Of a DNA stretch of 64,000 bases, positions 17,570 to 26,538 are shown piece by piece. Position numbers and translations under genes: made by a program. Position 1 is the first letter of the stretch. Each line of letters opens with the position of its first letter. The DNA comes from an uncultured Eubacteriales bacterium (GTDB lineage Bacteria; Bacillota; Clostridia; Christensenellales; CAG-138), in contig UQYI01000006.1 in NCBI GenBank assembly GCA_900545265.1, positions 9,922 to 73,921 on the forward strand, given 5' to 3'. The notes below the pieces were generated by a model. The model was given only the letters and a program-made list of their open reading frames with translations, was not told where the DNA came from and did no database searches.

Positions 17570-18904
17570 CTACAGTCCCCGGAAGCCTCCGTTTCCGGGG
17601 CCGGTCACAGGGGCAAAGGGGTCATAGGCCGGGACATGGCGCAGGCAGGGTATCCGGGCGGGGATGGGCCGGGACATAAGGCCGTAGCGCAGCGCCTCCG
17701 GGGCATGATCCTCACAGGCATCGCTGACATCCTCACAGTTGTGGGTGTCATAGGTGAGCAGGGGCAGGGTACGGATCAGATTGGAGCAGGTTTCAAAAAT
17801 CACCAGCCCCGGCCGGCCGTCTTCCCCTGTCCGCAAGGCTTCCCGCACCCGCTGCCAGCCGGTGATGCGCCGGTTGTCCGCCGGGAGCAGGGGTACCCCG
17901 CCCCGGGCAAAAACCTCGGCGATGGATTCCCCCTGGGCGCCGCCCAGCCCCCGCTGCTGCCAGGCGTCCGGGGAGGCGGCGGTATAGGCGATCCTCTCCC
18001 CCTGAGAAAGGGCCGCCACCTGCCTGGCAATGTCGCTGGAAAGGGTTCTGCGCACATACAGTTCCCGGTATACCAGCACCTGCCCTTCGGGATCCACGGC
18101 GAACCAGAGCACGCAGCATGGGTCGTTGTAACCCCAGTCCATGGCTCGAAACCGCCGCCAGTGGGCAGGAATGGCGCAGGGCGGCTCCACATGGATATCC
18201 CGGCGGAATTCCGGGAAGTACTGCCCCTGAAGCACATCCCAGTCTCCTTCCAGATAGGCCCGGCGCAAATGCTCCGGCAGGCTCAGCAGGCTTTTCCGGT
18301 AGCCGGGATCCCGCTCCATGAGCACGGGGTTGTCTGTGAGCCGGGCCGGGATAAAGCGGTAATCCGCCGGGGTCTCCCCCTCCCGGTACTGCCGGTCCAG
18401 AAACAGGCGTTTTACCCAGCCGTGGCCCACGCCCCCGGGGTTGCAGGTGTAGTACATCCGGGGAGAGAAGTCCCGCCTTACGGAGCGGTTGCAGGTGGTC
18501 AGAAACTGCATCTGGCTTTCCGTAAAGTGGGTGGCCTCCTCCAGACCGATCACGTCGTACTCCTGCCCCTGATACTGGTATACATCCTTTTCCAGATCAC
18601 AGTATCCCAGCTTGATCCTGGAGCCGTTGGGAAAGAGAAAGCACCGCTGGCTCTGGTTATACCGGGCTACACCGTTGAGCTCCTGCAGCAGGGGGCGAAC
18701 ATGGTTCTCTGTCAGTTCCGGCAGGGTGCGGCGCAGAAGCAGCAGCTGCAAGCCCTCATAGCGAAAGGCCAGCAGCACGAATTTGCGGCGCATGGCCCAG
18801 CTTTTGCCCCCGCCTCTGGCTCCGCCGTAGGCCGTATGCCGGGCGGAGGAGAGGAAAAAGGCAGCCTGCTTGGGGTTGGGGGTTCCCTGTAAGAGCAGCT
18901 TCAT
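17570..18904 (-). CDS. terL: Phage terminase large subunit
   Basis: Walker A YGGARGGGKSW and a downstream nuclease half. Start MKLLLQGTPNPKQ at 18904 overlaps the terS stop (ATGA). Confidence 0.9.
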   Translation of the reverse strand: MKLLLQGTPNPKQAAFFLSSARHTAYGGARGGGKSWAMRRKFVLLAFRYEGLQLLLLRRTLPELTENHVRPLLQELNGVARYNQSQRCFLFPNGSRIKLGYCDLEKDVYQYQGQEYDVIGLEEATHFTESQMQFLTTCNRSVRRDFSPRMYYTCNPGGVGHGWVKRLFLDRQYREGETPADYRFIPARLTDNPVLMERDPGYRKSLLSLPEHLRRAYLEGDWDVLQGQYFPEFRRDIHVEPPCAIPAHWRRFRAMDWGYNDPCCVLWFAVDPEGQVLVYRELYVRRTLSSDIARQVAALSQGERIAYTAASPDAWQQRGLGGAQGESIAEVFARGGVPLLPADNRRITGWQRVREALRTGEDGRPGLVIFETCSNLIRTLPLLTYDTHNCEDVSDACEDHAPEALRYGLMSRPIPARIPCLRHVPAYDPFAPVTGPGNGGFRGL

Positions 18905-19299
18905 AGGCTGTACGCCTCCGCGCCGCCCTCCATGGAAACGGTAAGGGACGAAGGCCCTTCCTCCTGGGGATACAGCTCCTTCAGGGCGGCGGTGGCCACC
19001 TGATAGCTCAATTCCCCCAATAATGCCCGTTCCATGGTATAGGCGGCGATGCGGCATACGGCCTGCGAAAGCAGTGCCCGCTGCCAGGGTGCGCCCCCTT
19101 CGCCCCGGCTCAAAGCCAGCAGCTCCGGTGCGGGCAGATGCATATGGGCACACAGGCCGTAAAGAGTGTAGGGGATCTGTCTCTCTGAAAATCCGCCTCC
19201 CTTCAGGGCCGTACGCTCCCGGGTGCTGTCGCACAGGGCAAAATACGCTTCCACGGCCTGTTCCCATTCCCGGCGGTTGGCCGGGGGTCTCTTTTCCAT
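18901..19299 (-). CDS. terS: Phage terminase small subunit
   Basis: AVEAYFALCD...IPYTLYGLCAHMHL pattern (gp3-like small terminase HTH). Start ATG at 19299 follows GGAAAGGAGG. Confidence 0.65.
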   Translation of the reverse strand: MEKRPPANRREWEQAVEAYFALCDSTRERTALKGGGFSERQIPYTLYGLCAHMHLPAPELLALSRGEGGAPWQRALLSQAVCRIAAYTMERALLGELSYQVATAALKELYPQEEGPSSLTVSMEGGAEAYSL

Positions 19300-19480
19300 T
19301 GTTCTGTCCGCCTCCTTTCCCTTGGCTCGGGAACAATCTATCACGGCAGGCACTGTAAAAATTTTTATAAATCCTCCACCATGAGGAGAGAAAGAGATAC
19401 AGGAGAGGTGTAAACTTTTTCCTTTTTGTCCGGTTTGATAAAGAAAGTGTGGTAATATAAAAGAAAAGGAGAACTCTTTC

Positions 19481-20194
19481 ATGAAAAAAAGTCTCTTTTT
19501 CCTTTGCGGCATTTTATGCTTGCTGCCGGCAGCCTGCAGACCGGTTCCGGATGGGGCGGTGCTGTCCCCGGAAGCAGAGGAGGTTTCTGCCTATGCGCCG
19601 GAGGAAGATTCGATGAATGCCTATATGGAGGAGGCTTTTGCCCGGGAGAAGGAACGCTTTCAAACGGAAACAGAGTATGACCCGGAGGATCCGGATCTGC
19701 TGCTGAAACAGACCGTGAACGGGTATCTGCTTTCCATTCATCTGCTGCTGGCGGATCCTGCGGCGGAGCCCTTTGAGGAGGACGATCCTCTGGTGAGGTC
19801 CATGCTGGCATATTGCAGCAGCGATTTTTCGCTGGAGGCTTTGCTTACCGCAGGCTGGCGGTATGAGCTGGCCCGGAGCAACGGGGTGACCTATACCCTT
19901 TTGGGTCACAGGACGGAGTATAAATCCATTGACCATGGTGGGGAAGAAACCACGGTGCAGGTGCTGGATGCTGCGGAGATCCGCTATTTTGATAACGATT
20001 TTACCAGCGGTTCCGGGGATACGCATATCCTGAGGCTGAAGCAGGAAAAGGGGGAGTGGAAGATCACCTATGATTTTCCCGGCGACATGATGAAGCACAT
20101 ACATGAAACTTACAGACGGTATCTGGAAAAATGTCCCTATACGGAAAGGGAGAAGATCATCGGCTGGATGCAGGAAAACTGGTGGGGCAGGTAA
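19481..20194 (+). CDS. Lipoprotein of unknown function
   Basis: Signal peptide with lipobox LLPAAC. RBS AAGGAG. Confidence 0.7.
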   Translation: MKKSLFFLCGILCLLPAACRPVPDGAVLSPEAEEVSAYAPEEDSMNAYMEEAFAREKERFQTETEYDPEDPDLLLKQTVNGYLLSIHLLLADPAAEPFEEDDPLVRSMLAYCSSDFSLEALLTAGWRYELARSNGVTYTLLGHRTEYKSIDHGGEETTVQVLDAAEIRYFDNDFTSGSGDTHILRLKQEKGEWKITYDFPGDMMKHIHETYRRYLEKCPYTEREKIIGWMQENWWGR

Positions 20195-20295
20195 GATCCT
20201 GCAATGAGGGATATGCTGTTCTTCCGGCCAGGGATTTCGTGCTGTAAGAAGAAGCTGGGAGCGCTTTCCCGGCTTTATGGAGTTGTGCGGTATAC

Positions 20296-20381
20296 GGGGG
20301 GCGCTGCCAGACGGCAGCGTGGTGCCCAAGTATTACGCGCAGAACAGCGGCGCGGCGGCGGAGCCGCCGCAGCAGCGCCCC
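20296..20381 (+). repeat. Family B repeat, degenerate copy B3
   Basis: Outer arms GGGGGGCGCTGC...GCAGCGCCCC and hairpin CGGCGGC-gga-GCCGCCG are retained. The other two hairpins are replaced. GTATAC at 20290-20295. Confidence 0.65.
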
Positions 20382-20554
20382 GGGGCCCGAACCGGCGTTT
20401 CCTGCGAAAAGGGCCGTTTTCCCGTTTCCCGGGCAGCTTTCGACCAGCCGGGACATGGGTGCCGGCAAAAAAACAAAAAATCTCTTTTCCCCGCAACCAA
20501 TCTGATGCTTTCGGGGTATTAGGGATATAGAAACCAAAAAGGAGGAACATCCTT

Positions 20555-21550
20555 ATGAAAAAACGTATGATCCCCATTCTCTGCGGCCTGCTGACGCTGT
20601 GCCTGCTGCTGGCTGGCTGCAGCGGCAAAACCCAGTCCGCCGCCTATGATTCCGCTCCCCGGGAAGTCAACCAGATGAAATCGGATAACAGCTATGGCGC
20701 CGCAGAAGAATCATCTTATGATGCGCCCGCTGCCGGCCTTCAGGAAGCCAATCAGGACAGCAGCTCTCTCATCGGCAGCGTCCCCGGCCGCAAGATCATC
20801 AAAAATGCGGATATGAACGTGGAGACCCGTACTTTTGATGAATTCATCGCTTATGTGAACAAGACGCTGGGAGAACTGGGAGGATATATCCAGTCCTCCA
20901 GCCTTAACGGCAGCCGCTACGGACGGGAAGATCTGCGTTATGCCTCCATTACCCTGCGAGTGCCTGCCGAAAAGCTGGAGAGCTTCCTTTCCATGATAGA
21001 AGGGGAGGGCAACGTGACCTATCGGAACATCTATACGGATGATGTGACCCTTTCTTATGTGGATACGGAAAGCCACCTGAAAGCCCTGCGCACGGAGCAG
21101 GAAACTCTGCTGGGCCTGCTGGAAAAGGCGGAGACCGTGGAAAACATCATCGCCATCCAAAGCCGCCTTTCAGAGGTCCGCTATGAGATAGAAAGCTATG
21201 AATCCAGATTGCGCACCTATGACGACCAGATCGACTATTCCACCGTGTATCTCAATGTCAGCGAGGTGGAGCGGGAGACCCAGGTGAAGGAGGAGACCCC
21301 CGGAGAGGAGATCAGCCGCCGTCTCAGCCAGAACTGGGAGGATCTCAAAGAGGATGTGAAGCGTTTCGGCATCAATTTCGTTTCTGACCTGCCCTATATC
21401 CTTGTGTGGGTCGTGTGCCTGGGGGCCGCCGCTGTGGTGATCGTCCTCATCATCCGGGGCAGCAGAAAGCGCCGGGCCCGGAAGCTGGCCGCCGGAACCG
21501 TCCAAAACCCTGCCACCCAGACCCAGAGCAAAGAACAGAAGGATAAGTAA
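20555..21550 (+). CDS. DUF4349-like lipoprotein with C-terminal TM anchor
   Basis: Lipobox LLAGCSG, central coiled-coil region and C-terminal TM helix followed by a basic tail. Confidence 0.7.
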   Translation: MKKRMIPILCGLLTLCLLLAGCSGKTQSAAYDSAPREVNQMKSDNSYGAAEESSYDAPAAGLQEANQDSSSLIGSVPGRKIIKNADMNVETRTFDEFIAYVNKTLGELGGYIQSSSLNGSRYGREDLRYASITLRVPAEKLESFLSMIEGEGNVTYRNIYTDDVTLSYVDTESHLKALRTEQETLLGLLEKAETVENIIAIQSRLSEVRYEIESYESRLRTYDDQIDYSTVYLNVSEVERETQVKEETPGEEISRRLSQNWEDLKEDVKRFGINFVSDLPYILVWVVCLGAAAVVIVLIIRGSRKRRARKLAAGTVQNPATQTQSKEQKDK

Positions 21551-21660
21551 ACATCCGTCTGAATAAAAACGCAGCTGAACAGAAAAAGGATTTGCAGCCC
21601 TCCGGCCGCAAATCCTTTTTGTATGCTTGTATTTGTAATCAAGGCGTGAGTTGCGTTTTC

Positions 21661-22716
21661 TCAATCCGCCCGGGAATAGATCCAGCCATAGTGAAACCCC
21701 TCGTTGGAGCAGTGCAGCAGTTCGCTGACCGTTACCAGTTGGTAGCCCATTTCCTGCAGCCGGGGGATAATGGTGCGCACGGCTTCCACCGTACCCGGGT
21801 ATTTATCGTGAAAAAGGAAGATGGAACCGTCTATGCCCCGACCCAGCTCATCCTTTTCCAGCAGCATCCGGTCAATGATCATCTGCGCGGTGTATTCGGC
21901 ATAGGTATCGTGGCTGGAACGGGTGTGGTTGATAATAGCCAGCTCATACTCCTGACACATGGCGATGACCGCTTTGCGCTTTTCCGGATCCTTCTTTCCA
22001 TAGGCGATATAAGGGGGCCGGAGCAGGTGGGTGGTGTAACGGAATTTGCTTTGGAGAATATCTGCCACCCCTTTGACCGTGGCGCGCATCTCCTGATCGG
22101 AAAGCTCCTCCAGATTGTCGTGGTGCATGGTATGATTCCCAATCTCGCAGCCAAGAGCCAGCTGCTTTTCGATCAGGTATTCCTTGCCCTCTATATAGTC
22201 TCCCTTGATAAAAAAGGTGGCCCGTGCGCCGTTTTCCTCCAGGATTTCCAATATCTGATCCGTATAGGGCGAATAGGGCCCATCGTCAAAGGTCAGGGCA
22301 ACCATCTTTCCCGCTTTGTCTATCTGCATCTCATCGATACGCCGGTAGATAGCAGCATCGTCCGGATAGTATCCATAGGCCCGCATATAGGCATACAGCT
22401 GTCGGTTCCGTTCCTCATACCAGTCCTCCTTTATAGCGAGGGCAGGCATGGAAGGCGCCGCCGCAGGCACAGGGCTTGGCGAAGGAGTTTCCAGAGGCAG
22501 GGAGGGAGAAGGAGAAAAAGCTTCTGCCGCGCGGGCGTTCTGCGCTGTCAGGGAAAAGATCAGCCAAAGCAGTCCCCCCAGCAGCAGGGCATTCAGGGTA
22601 CAGATACCCAGCAGCATCAGCCGGCGCTTCCGCCGCCTGGCTGCCTGCCGCTTCCGCCGCCGCTCCCGCTGCTGGGGGGTCAGTTTTCTTTTGGGTCGAT
22701 TTTCTCCCTTTTCCAT
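21661..22716 (-). CDS. Membrane-anchored polysaccharide deacetylase (NodB homology domain)
   Basis: ALTFDDGP, ATFFIKG and GNHTMHH motifs. N-terminal basic region plus TM helix. Confidence 0.85.
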   Translation of the reverse strand: MEKGENRPKRKLTPQQRERRRKRQAARRRKRRLMLLGICTLNALLLGGLLWLIFSLTAQNARAAEAFSPSPSLPLETPSPSPVPAAAPSMPALAIKEDWYEERNRQLYAYMRAYGYYPDDAAIYRRIDEMQIDKAGKMVALTFDDGPYSPYTDQILEILEENGARATFFIKGDYIEGKEYLIEKQLALGCEIGNHTMHHDNLEELSDQEMRATVKGVADILQSKFRYTTHLLRPPYIAYGKKDPEKRKAVIAMCQEYELAIINHTRSSHDTYAEYTAQMIIDRMLLEKDELGRGIDGSIFLFHDKYPGTVEAVRTIIPRLQEMGYQLVTVSELLHCSNEGFHYGWIYSRAD

Positions 22717-22719
22717 GCC

Positions 22720-24054
22720 TTATTCGCAGGCCAGCCGCTGGATGGCTTCGGCCATGATCAGGGTGTTCAGCCGCAGATCTTCCAGGGCAATGTGCTCGTC
22801 GGGCATGTGGCACATATCCTCCTGCCCGGGCAATACGGGGCCAAAGGCCACTGCGTTTTTAAAGAGCTTGGCATAGGTGCCGCCGCCCATGCTTACAAGG
22901 CCGTGATCCCTGTCTCCGGTAACGTCCTGATATACCGCCAGCAGGGTAGAAACCAGCTCGCTGTCCTTGGGGATAAAGTGCCCCAGGGTGTTGCTGTCTT
23001 CCAGACAGGTCAGCCCCAAAGCTCCCAGCTTAGTATCCAGAATGGAACGGATGGATTCATAGCTGTGGGAGAAGGGGTACCGGCAATCAAAAGTAATGGT
23101 CAGGCCGTTTTCGTCCAGTTTCAGCATGGTGGGCATAAAGGTGATCCGGCCGGATTCATCCTCCTTGTCCAAGCCCAGAGTTTCGCCGTGATCGTCAAAG
23201 GCCAGCAGATCGGAAAGACCGCTCAATACTTTTTTATCTTCGGCGGGGATATCCTGCTCCTTCAGGGCGAACAACAGGCCCTGAAGTGCGTTTTTGGCCA
23301 GTTCCGGCATGGAGGCGTGCCCCATCTTCCCGGTGATATGGATCCGGTTCCCCTCAAAGCGGGCGGTATAGCCCAGGGGCAGAGCCACGGCTCTGGCGGC
23401 GCAGGGCAGCAGCGCTTCCGCCTCCCCGGGGATCACGTTGGCTACCGTGCCCACGGAAAGGGGCAGCTTTCCGGCATACTTCCGGCCGTAGGTGGCGTGG
23501 AGGATGCCCATTTCGGAATTTACCACCGGGTATACGGCGTCCGGAGTAAAGGCCATGGCGGGTTCCCCCTCCACTTCCTTATAGCGGGCCATACCCGTGC
23601 AGCCGCATTCCTCGTCCAGCCCCAGCAGCAGCCGTACCCGGCGCTTTGTGGGGTATCCGGCTTCCTTTACGGCGGCCATGGCATACAGAGCGGCTATGGC
23701 CGGTCCCTTGTCATCAATGGTGCCCCGGCCGAAGAGCTTTCCGTCATGGATCTCCGCACCGTAAGGGGGGAAGCTCCAGCCTGTGCCTTCGGGCACCACA
23801 TCCAGATGCCCCATGATGGCCAGCACCTCTTCGCCCTGCCCGTATTCGATCACACCGCAGCGGTGCTCTACGTCCCAGACATTTTCAAAGCCCAGATCCC
23901 GGGCGATCTGTTTCATTTGCACAAGAGCCTGCTCCACATTCCGGCCGTAGGGCATATTTTCTTCCGGTTCCCCGCGGGAAACGGAGGGGATGCGGATAAG
24001 AGACTGCAGATCCTGCACTTCTTTTTCAAAGGAAGCGTCAATAATGGCTTTCAT
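22720..24054 (-). CDS. pepV: M20-family dipeptidase (PepV-like)
   Basis: GHLDVVPEG, GRGTIDDKGP and full-length PepV/Sapep-like layout. Confidence 0.85.
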   Translation of the reverse strand: MKAIIDASFEKEVQDLQSLIRIPSVSRGEPEENMPYGRNVEQALVQMKQIARDLGFENVWDVEHRCGVIEYGQGEEVLAIMGHLDVVPEGTGWSFPPYGAEIHDGKLFGRGTIDDKGPAIAALYAMAAVKEAGYPTKRRVRLLLGLDEECGCTGMARYKEVEGEPAMAFTPDAVYPVVNSEMGILHATYGRKYAGKLPLSVGTVANVIPGEAEALLPCAARAVALPLGYTARFEGNRIHITGKMGHASMPELAKNALQGLLFALKEQDIPAEDKKVLSGLSDLLAFDDHGETLGLDKEDESGRITFMPTMLKLDENGLTITFDCRYPFSHSYESIRSILDTKLGALGLTCLEDSNTLGHFIPKDSELVSTLLAVYQDVTGDRDHGLVSMGGGTYAKLFKNAVAFGPVLPGQEDMCHMPDEHIALEDLRLNTLIMAEAIQRLACE

Positions 24055-24283
24055 ATGTTCCTCCTATGGAATAGCTGCCCTCAGTATACCTCATCCGGCG
24101 GCGCAAGGCAACGGAAAAGGGAACTGTTTTTTCGCCAGAAGCATAGTATGTTCAGACAAAAGTTGCGATTCTCCCGCATTTTGTTTACGGGCTGTTTACA
24201 TCCGGCGCCGTCTGAAAAAGTACAATATATAAAAGGGGAGGCCGGGTAGCTGCCGGCCGGAAAAGGGATCTGTCTGTCTGCTT

Positions 24284-26152
24284 ATGGAACGGCACATACC
24301 GAAAAATAAAAAAATATCCGTTTCCCGGGTACTGGGCTGGATACTCAGCAGTGTGATTCTGCTGGGGGTCATGGCCGGGGGCCTGTACTTTAACGATGCG
24401 CTCCACACCAGTCTGCTGGAGGGGCTTTCCCTGCCGGACGAGGCACGCAGCCGCACCGTGGTGCAGGTGAGCCCCACGCCTCCGGTTTTGAGCCGGGCGG
24501 CCGCTGCGCCGGCGGATACCGCCGTTCCGCCGGGGGATCCGGTGCCTACGTCTACGCCGGAGCCTACCGCTGCCCCCAGTCCTACCCCGGCAATACACCC
24601 CATGGAGGGGGGCGTGCTCAAAGAGGGTATGTCCGCCCCTGTGGCCGTGGATATCCAGATCCGCCTGATGGTGCTGGAGTATATGGATTTTGACCAGCCG
24701 GGAGAGGAATACGGAACCGGAGCCGCCCAGGCCATGGCTTCTTTCCAGAGGCGCAACGGTCTGCCCGCCACCGGCGAGTGCGATCAGGCCACATATGAGA
24801 AGCTCTATGCGCAGGACGCCCGTCCCTTTGCGCTGGAAAAGGGAGATACGGGGGACGAGGTGCAGACCCTGCAGGAACGGCTGGAGGAACTGGGGTACCT
24901 GGACGCCGCCCCCAACGGGGTCTATGATGATGCCACCGCCCAGGCCGTGGCCCGCTTCTGCAAAAAGAACGGACTGACGGTTTCACAGGATATGGACGCC
25001 GATGCCTATGAGGTGCTCCTGGGTGACAGCCCCGTGCAGAATTCCTATCAGCGGGGAGAGGTCTCCGAGCAGATCCGCACCTTCCAGCAGCGGCTGCTGG
25101 AGCTGGGGTATCTGACCTACCGGGTGGACGGCAAATACGGGGATCTGACCGTGCAGGCCGTGAAGCGTTTTCAGGATAGCTGCGGGCTGGTGGCCGACGG
25201 GTGCCTGACTACCACCACCGTCCAAAAGCTCATGGAGGAAGAGGCTCCCGCCTTCCGGTTTGAAAAGGGCATGTCCGGGGCGGATGTAAAGCAGATACAA
25301 AAGCTTTTGTGCAAGCTGGGGTATCTTTCTTCCAAAGAGATATCCGGTAAATATGATGCAAAGACCATTGCCGCCGTAAAGAATTTTCAGCAGCGCAACG
25401 GTCTGAGCGCAGACGGTGCGGCAGGAGCCAAAACACTGGCAGTATTGCTTTCCGGTAAGGCCAGGGAGGCTAAAGCTACAGCCAAAGTTACGGAAAAGCC
25501 CGCCAATACTCCCAAGCCTACCGCTGCGGCGAAGCCCACGGCCGAAGCTACGGCCAAGGCCACGGCTAAAGCCACGGCGAAACCCGCCAACACGCCCAAG
25601 CCCACCAAAACACCCAAGGCTACCAAGGCCCCGGAGGATCCCGGTCCGACCCCGGAAGGGGAGGATGTGCAGACGCCCGAACCCGGCGGGCAGCCGGAGA
25701 CTACGCCCAAAACGGAGCAGACCCCTGCCCCCGAAGCAACGCCGCAGCCGGAGGAGGAGTACGGCGAAGGCCTGGAGGCCTTTATCTCCGCGGCTAAAAG
25801 TAAGTTGGGCAGCAAGTATGTCCGGGGCGCCAAGGGACCGGATAAGTTTGATTGTTCCGGCTTTGTCTACTGGTGCCTGAAGCAGGCCGGAGTGAAGGTT
25901 GGCTACATGACCTCCGTTCGCTGGCGCACCTGTGATAAATTTGAGCGGGTCACGGATATGAAGGATCTCAAGCGGGGAGATGTGCTGGTATTTTCCGGAA
26001 AAAGCGCTTCTTCCGGTCATGTAGGCATCTATCTGGGCGGAGGAAAGATGATCGACGCCGGTTCCTCCGCCGGGAAGGTGGTCATCCGGGACAGCATCCA
26101 TACCGATTACTGGGAGGGGCACTTCCTCATGGGCTACCATATCTGGGACTGA
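24284..26152 (+). CDS. Cell-wall hydrolase: TM anchor, four peptidoglycan-binding (PG_binding_1) repeats, low-complexity linker, C-terminal NlpC/P60 domain
   Basis: Repeated F(Q/C)..NGL..(D/T)G motifs. NlpC/P60 catalytic FDCSGFVYWC...GHVGIYLGGGKMIDA. Confidence 0.85.
   Translation: MERHIPKNKKISVSRVLGWILSSVILLGVMAGGLYFNDALHTSLLEGLSLPDEARSRTVVQVSPTPPVLSRAAAAPADTAVPPGDPVPTSTPEPTAAPSPTPAIHPMEGGVLKEGMSAPVAVDIQIRLMVLEYMDFDQPGEEYGTGAAQAMASFQRRNGLPATGECDQATYEKLYAQDARPFALEKGDTGDEVQTLQERLEELGYLDAAPNGVYDDATAQAVARFCKKNGLTVSQDMDADAYEVLLGDSPVQNSYQRGEVSEQIRTFQQRLLELGYLTYRVDGKYGDLTVQAVKRFQDSCGLVADGCLTTTTVQKLMEEEAPAFRFEKGMSGADVKQIQKLLCKLGYLSSKEISGKYDAKTIAAVKNFQQRNGLSADGAAGAKTLAVLLSGKAREAKATAKVTEKPANTPKPTAAAKPTAEATAKATAKATAKPANTPKPTKTPKATKAPEDPGPTPEGEDVQTPEPGGQPETTPKTEQTPAPEATPQPEEEYGEGLEAFISAAKSKLGSKYVRGAKGPDKFDCSGFVYWCLKQAGVKVGYMTSVRWRTCDKFERVTDMKDLKRGDVLVFSGKSASSGHVGIYLGGGKMIDAGSSAGKVVIRDSIHTDYWEGHFLMGYHIWD
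25469..25630 (+). repeat. Low-complexity coding repeat (TAKA/PANTPKPT) in the hydrolase linker
   Basis: KATAKVTEKPANTPKPTAAAKPTAEATAKATAKATAKPANTPKPTKTPKATKAP. Boundaries are approximate. Confidence 0.6.
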
Positions 26153-26232
26153 CGGAAAGAGCCTGCTTTGGGGCGGCGCCTCCCCGGTATACGGGGGCCG
26201 CTGCATCACGAGCCGGGTTCGTATACGGAAGA

Positions 26233-26321
26233 GGGGGGCGCACGTTCCGGCGGCTTTGCCGCCGGAACTCTGCGGGGGCGGATGCCCCGCAGGCGTGCCG
26301 ACAGGCACGCAGTGCGCCCCC
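26233..26321 (+). repeat. Family A cloverleaf repeat, copy A6
   Basis: Full consensus with loops ctttg / gcggatg / gaca. GTATAC at 26221-26226, and a degenerate GTATGT directly 3' (26322-26327). Confidence 0.9.
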
Positions 26322-26456
26322 GTATGTCGCTTCCCGGCAAACTTCGTATCACCGGGTACCAGCCCCCGAACCGTTTTATGCCTGGCCGCCCTTACAAAAC
26401 AGGAGCACAGCGGCAGTCTCCGCAGCGGAAGCGGGGCATTGTTCACACTTTATCCA

Positions 26457-26485
26457 TTGCCCACGATGGGCAATGATGCTACAAT
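26457..26485 (+). promoter_or_regulatory. Predicted mreB promoter overlapped by a 9+9 bp inverted repeat
   Basis: TTGCCC (26457-26462), 17 nt spacer, TGc-TACAAT (26480-26485). The inverted repeat CATTGCCCA-cga-TGGGCAATG spans 26455-26475. Confidence 0.45.
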
Positions 26486-26538
26486 TTTTTTAATGGATAG
26501 TCAGCATGGGCAGGTACTGCCCGGGGAAGGGGAGCCCG

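Larger units (their letters stand above)
15337..19299 (-). mobile_element. Orphan phage head/packaging module remnant (terS-terL-portal-scaffold-capsid stump)
   Basis: Five co-oriented, tightly spaced phage-type genes with RBSs. I see no integrase, tail, lysis or replication genes and no att repeats. GC content resembles the host. Confidence 0.7.

Noticed and set aside
15958-18892. 573-aa and 448-aa plus-strand ORFs (15958-17679 and 17546-18892).
   Set aside because: They lie antisense to the portal and terL genes, which carry recognisable phage motifs and RBSs.
21592-24249. 885-aa plus-strand ORF.
   Set aside because: It lies antisense to two strongly recognisable genes (polysaccharide deacetylase and PepV). 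It has Gly/Pro/His/Gln-rich low-information composition and no motif. This is a typical high-GC shadow ORF.
24055-24283. c-di-AMP (ydaO-type) or other riboswitch upstream of the NlpC/P60 hydrolase gene.
   Set aside because: None of the conserved ydaO segments is recognisable, and the untranslated region seems too short.
26187-26226. GTATAC-GGGGGCCGCTGC...-GTATAC segment as a twelfth, collapsed B-type repeat copy.
   Set aside because: Only one outer-stem-like arm is present and there are no hairpins. It is too degenerate to call.
26233-26321. The cloverleaf repeats as tRNA or tRNA-like genes.
   Set aside because: - The four-way junction superficially resembles a tRNA.
- Loops are only 3-7 nt and hypervariable.
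- There is no 7-nt anticodon loop and no conserved D-loop or T-loop (GTTCRANYC) sequence.
- Arm lengths (10/8-9/7-8 bp) and the 9-10 bp closing stem do not fit tRNA.
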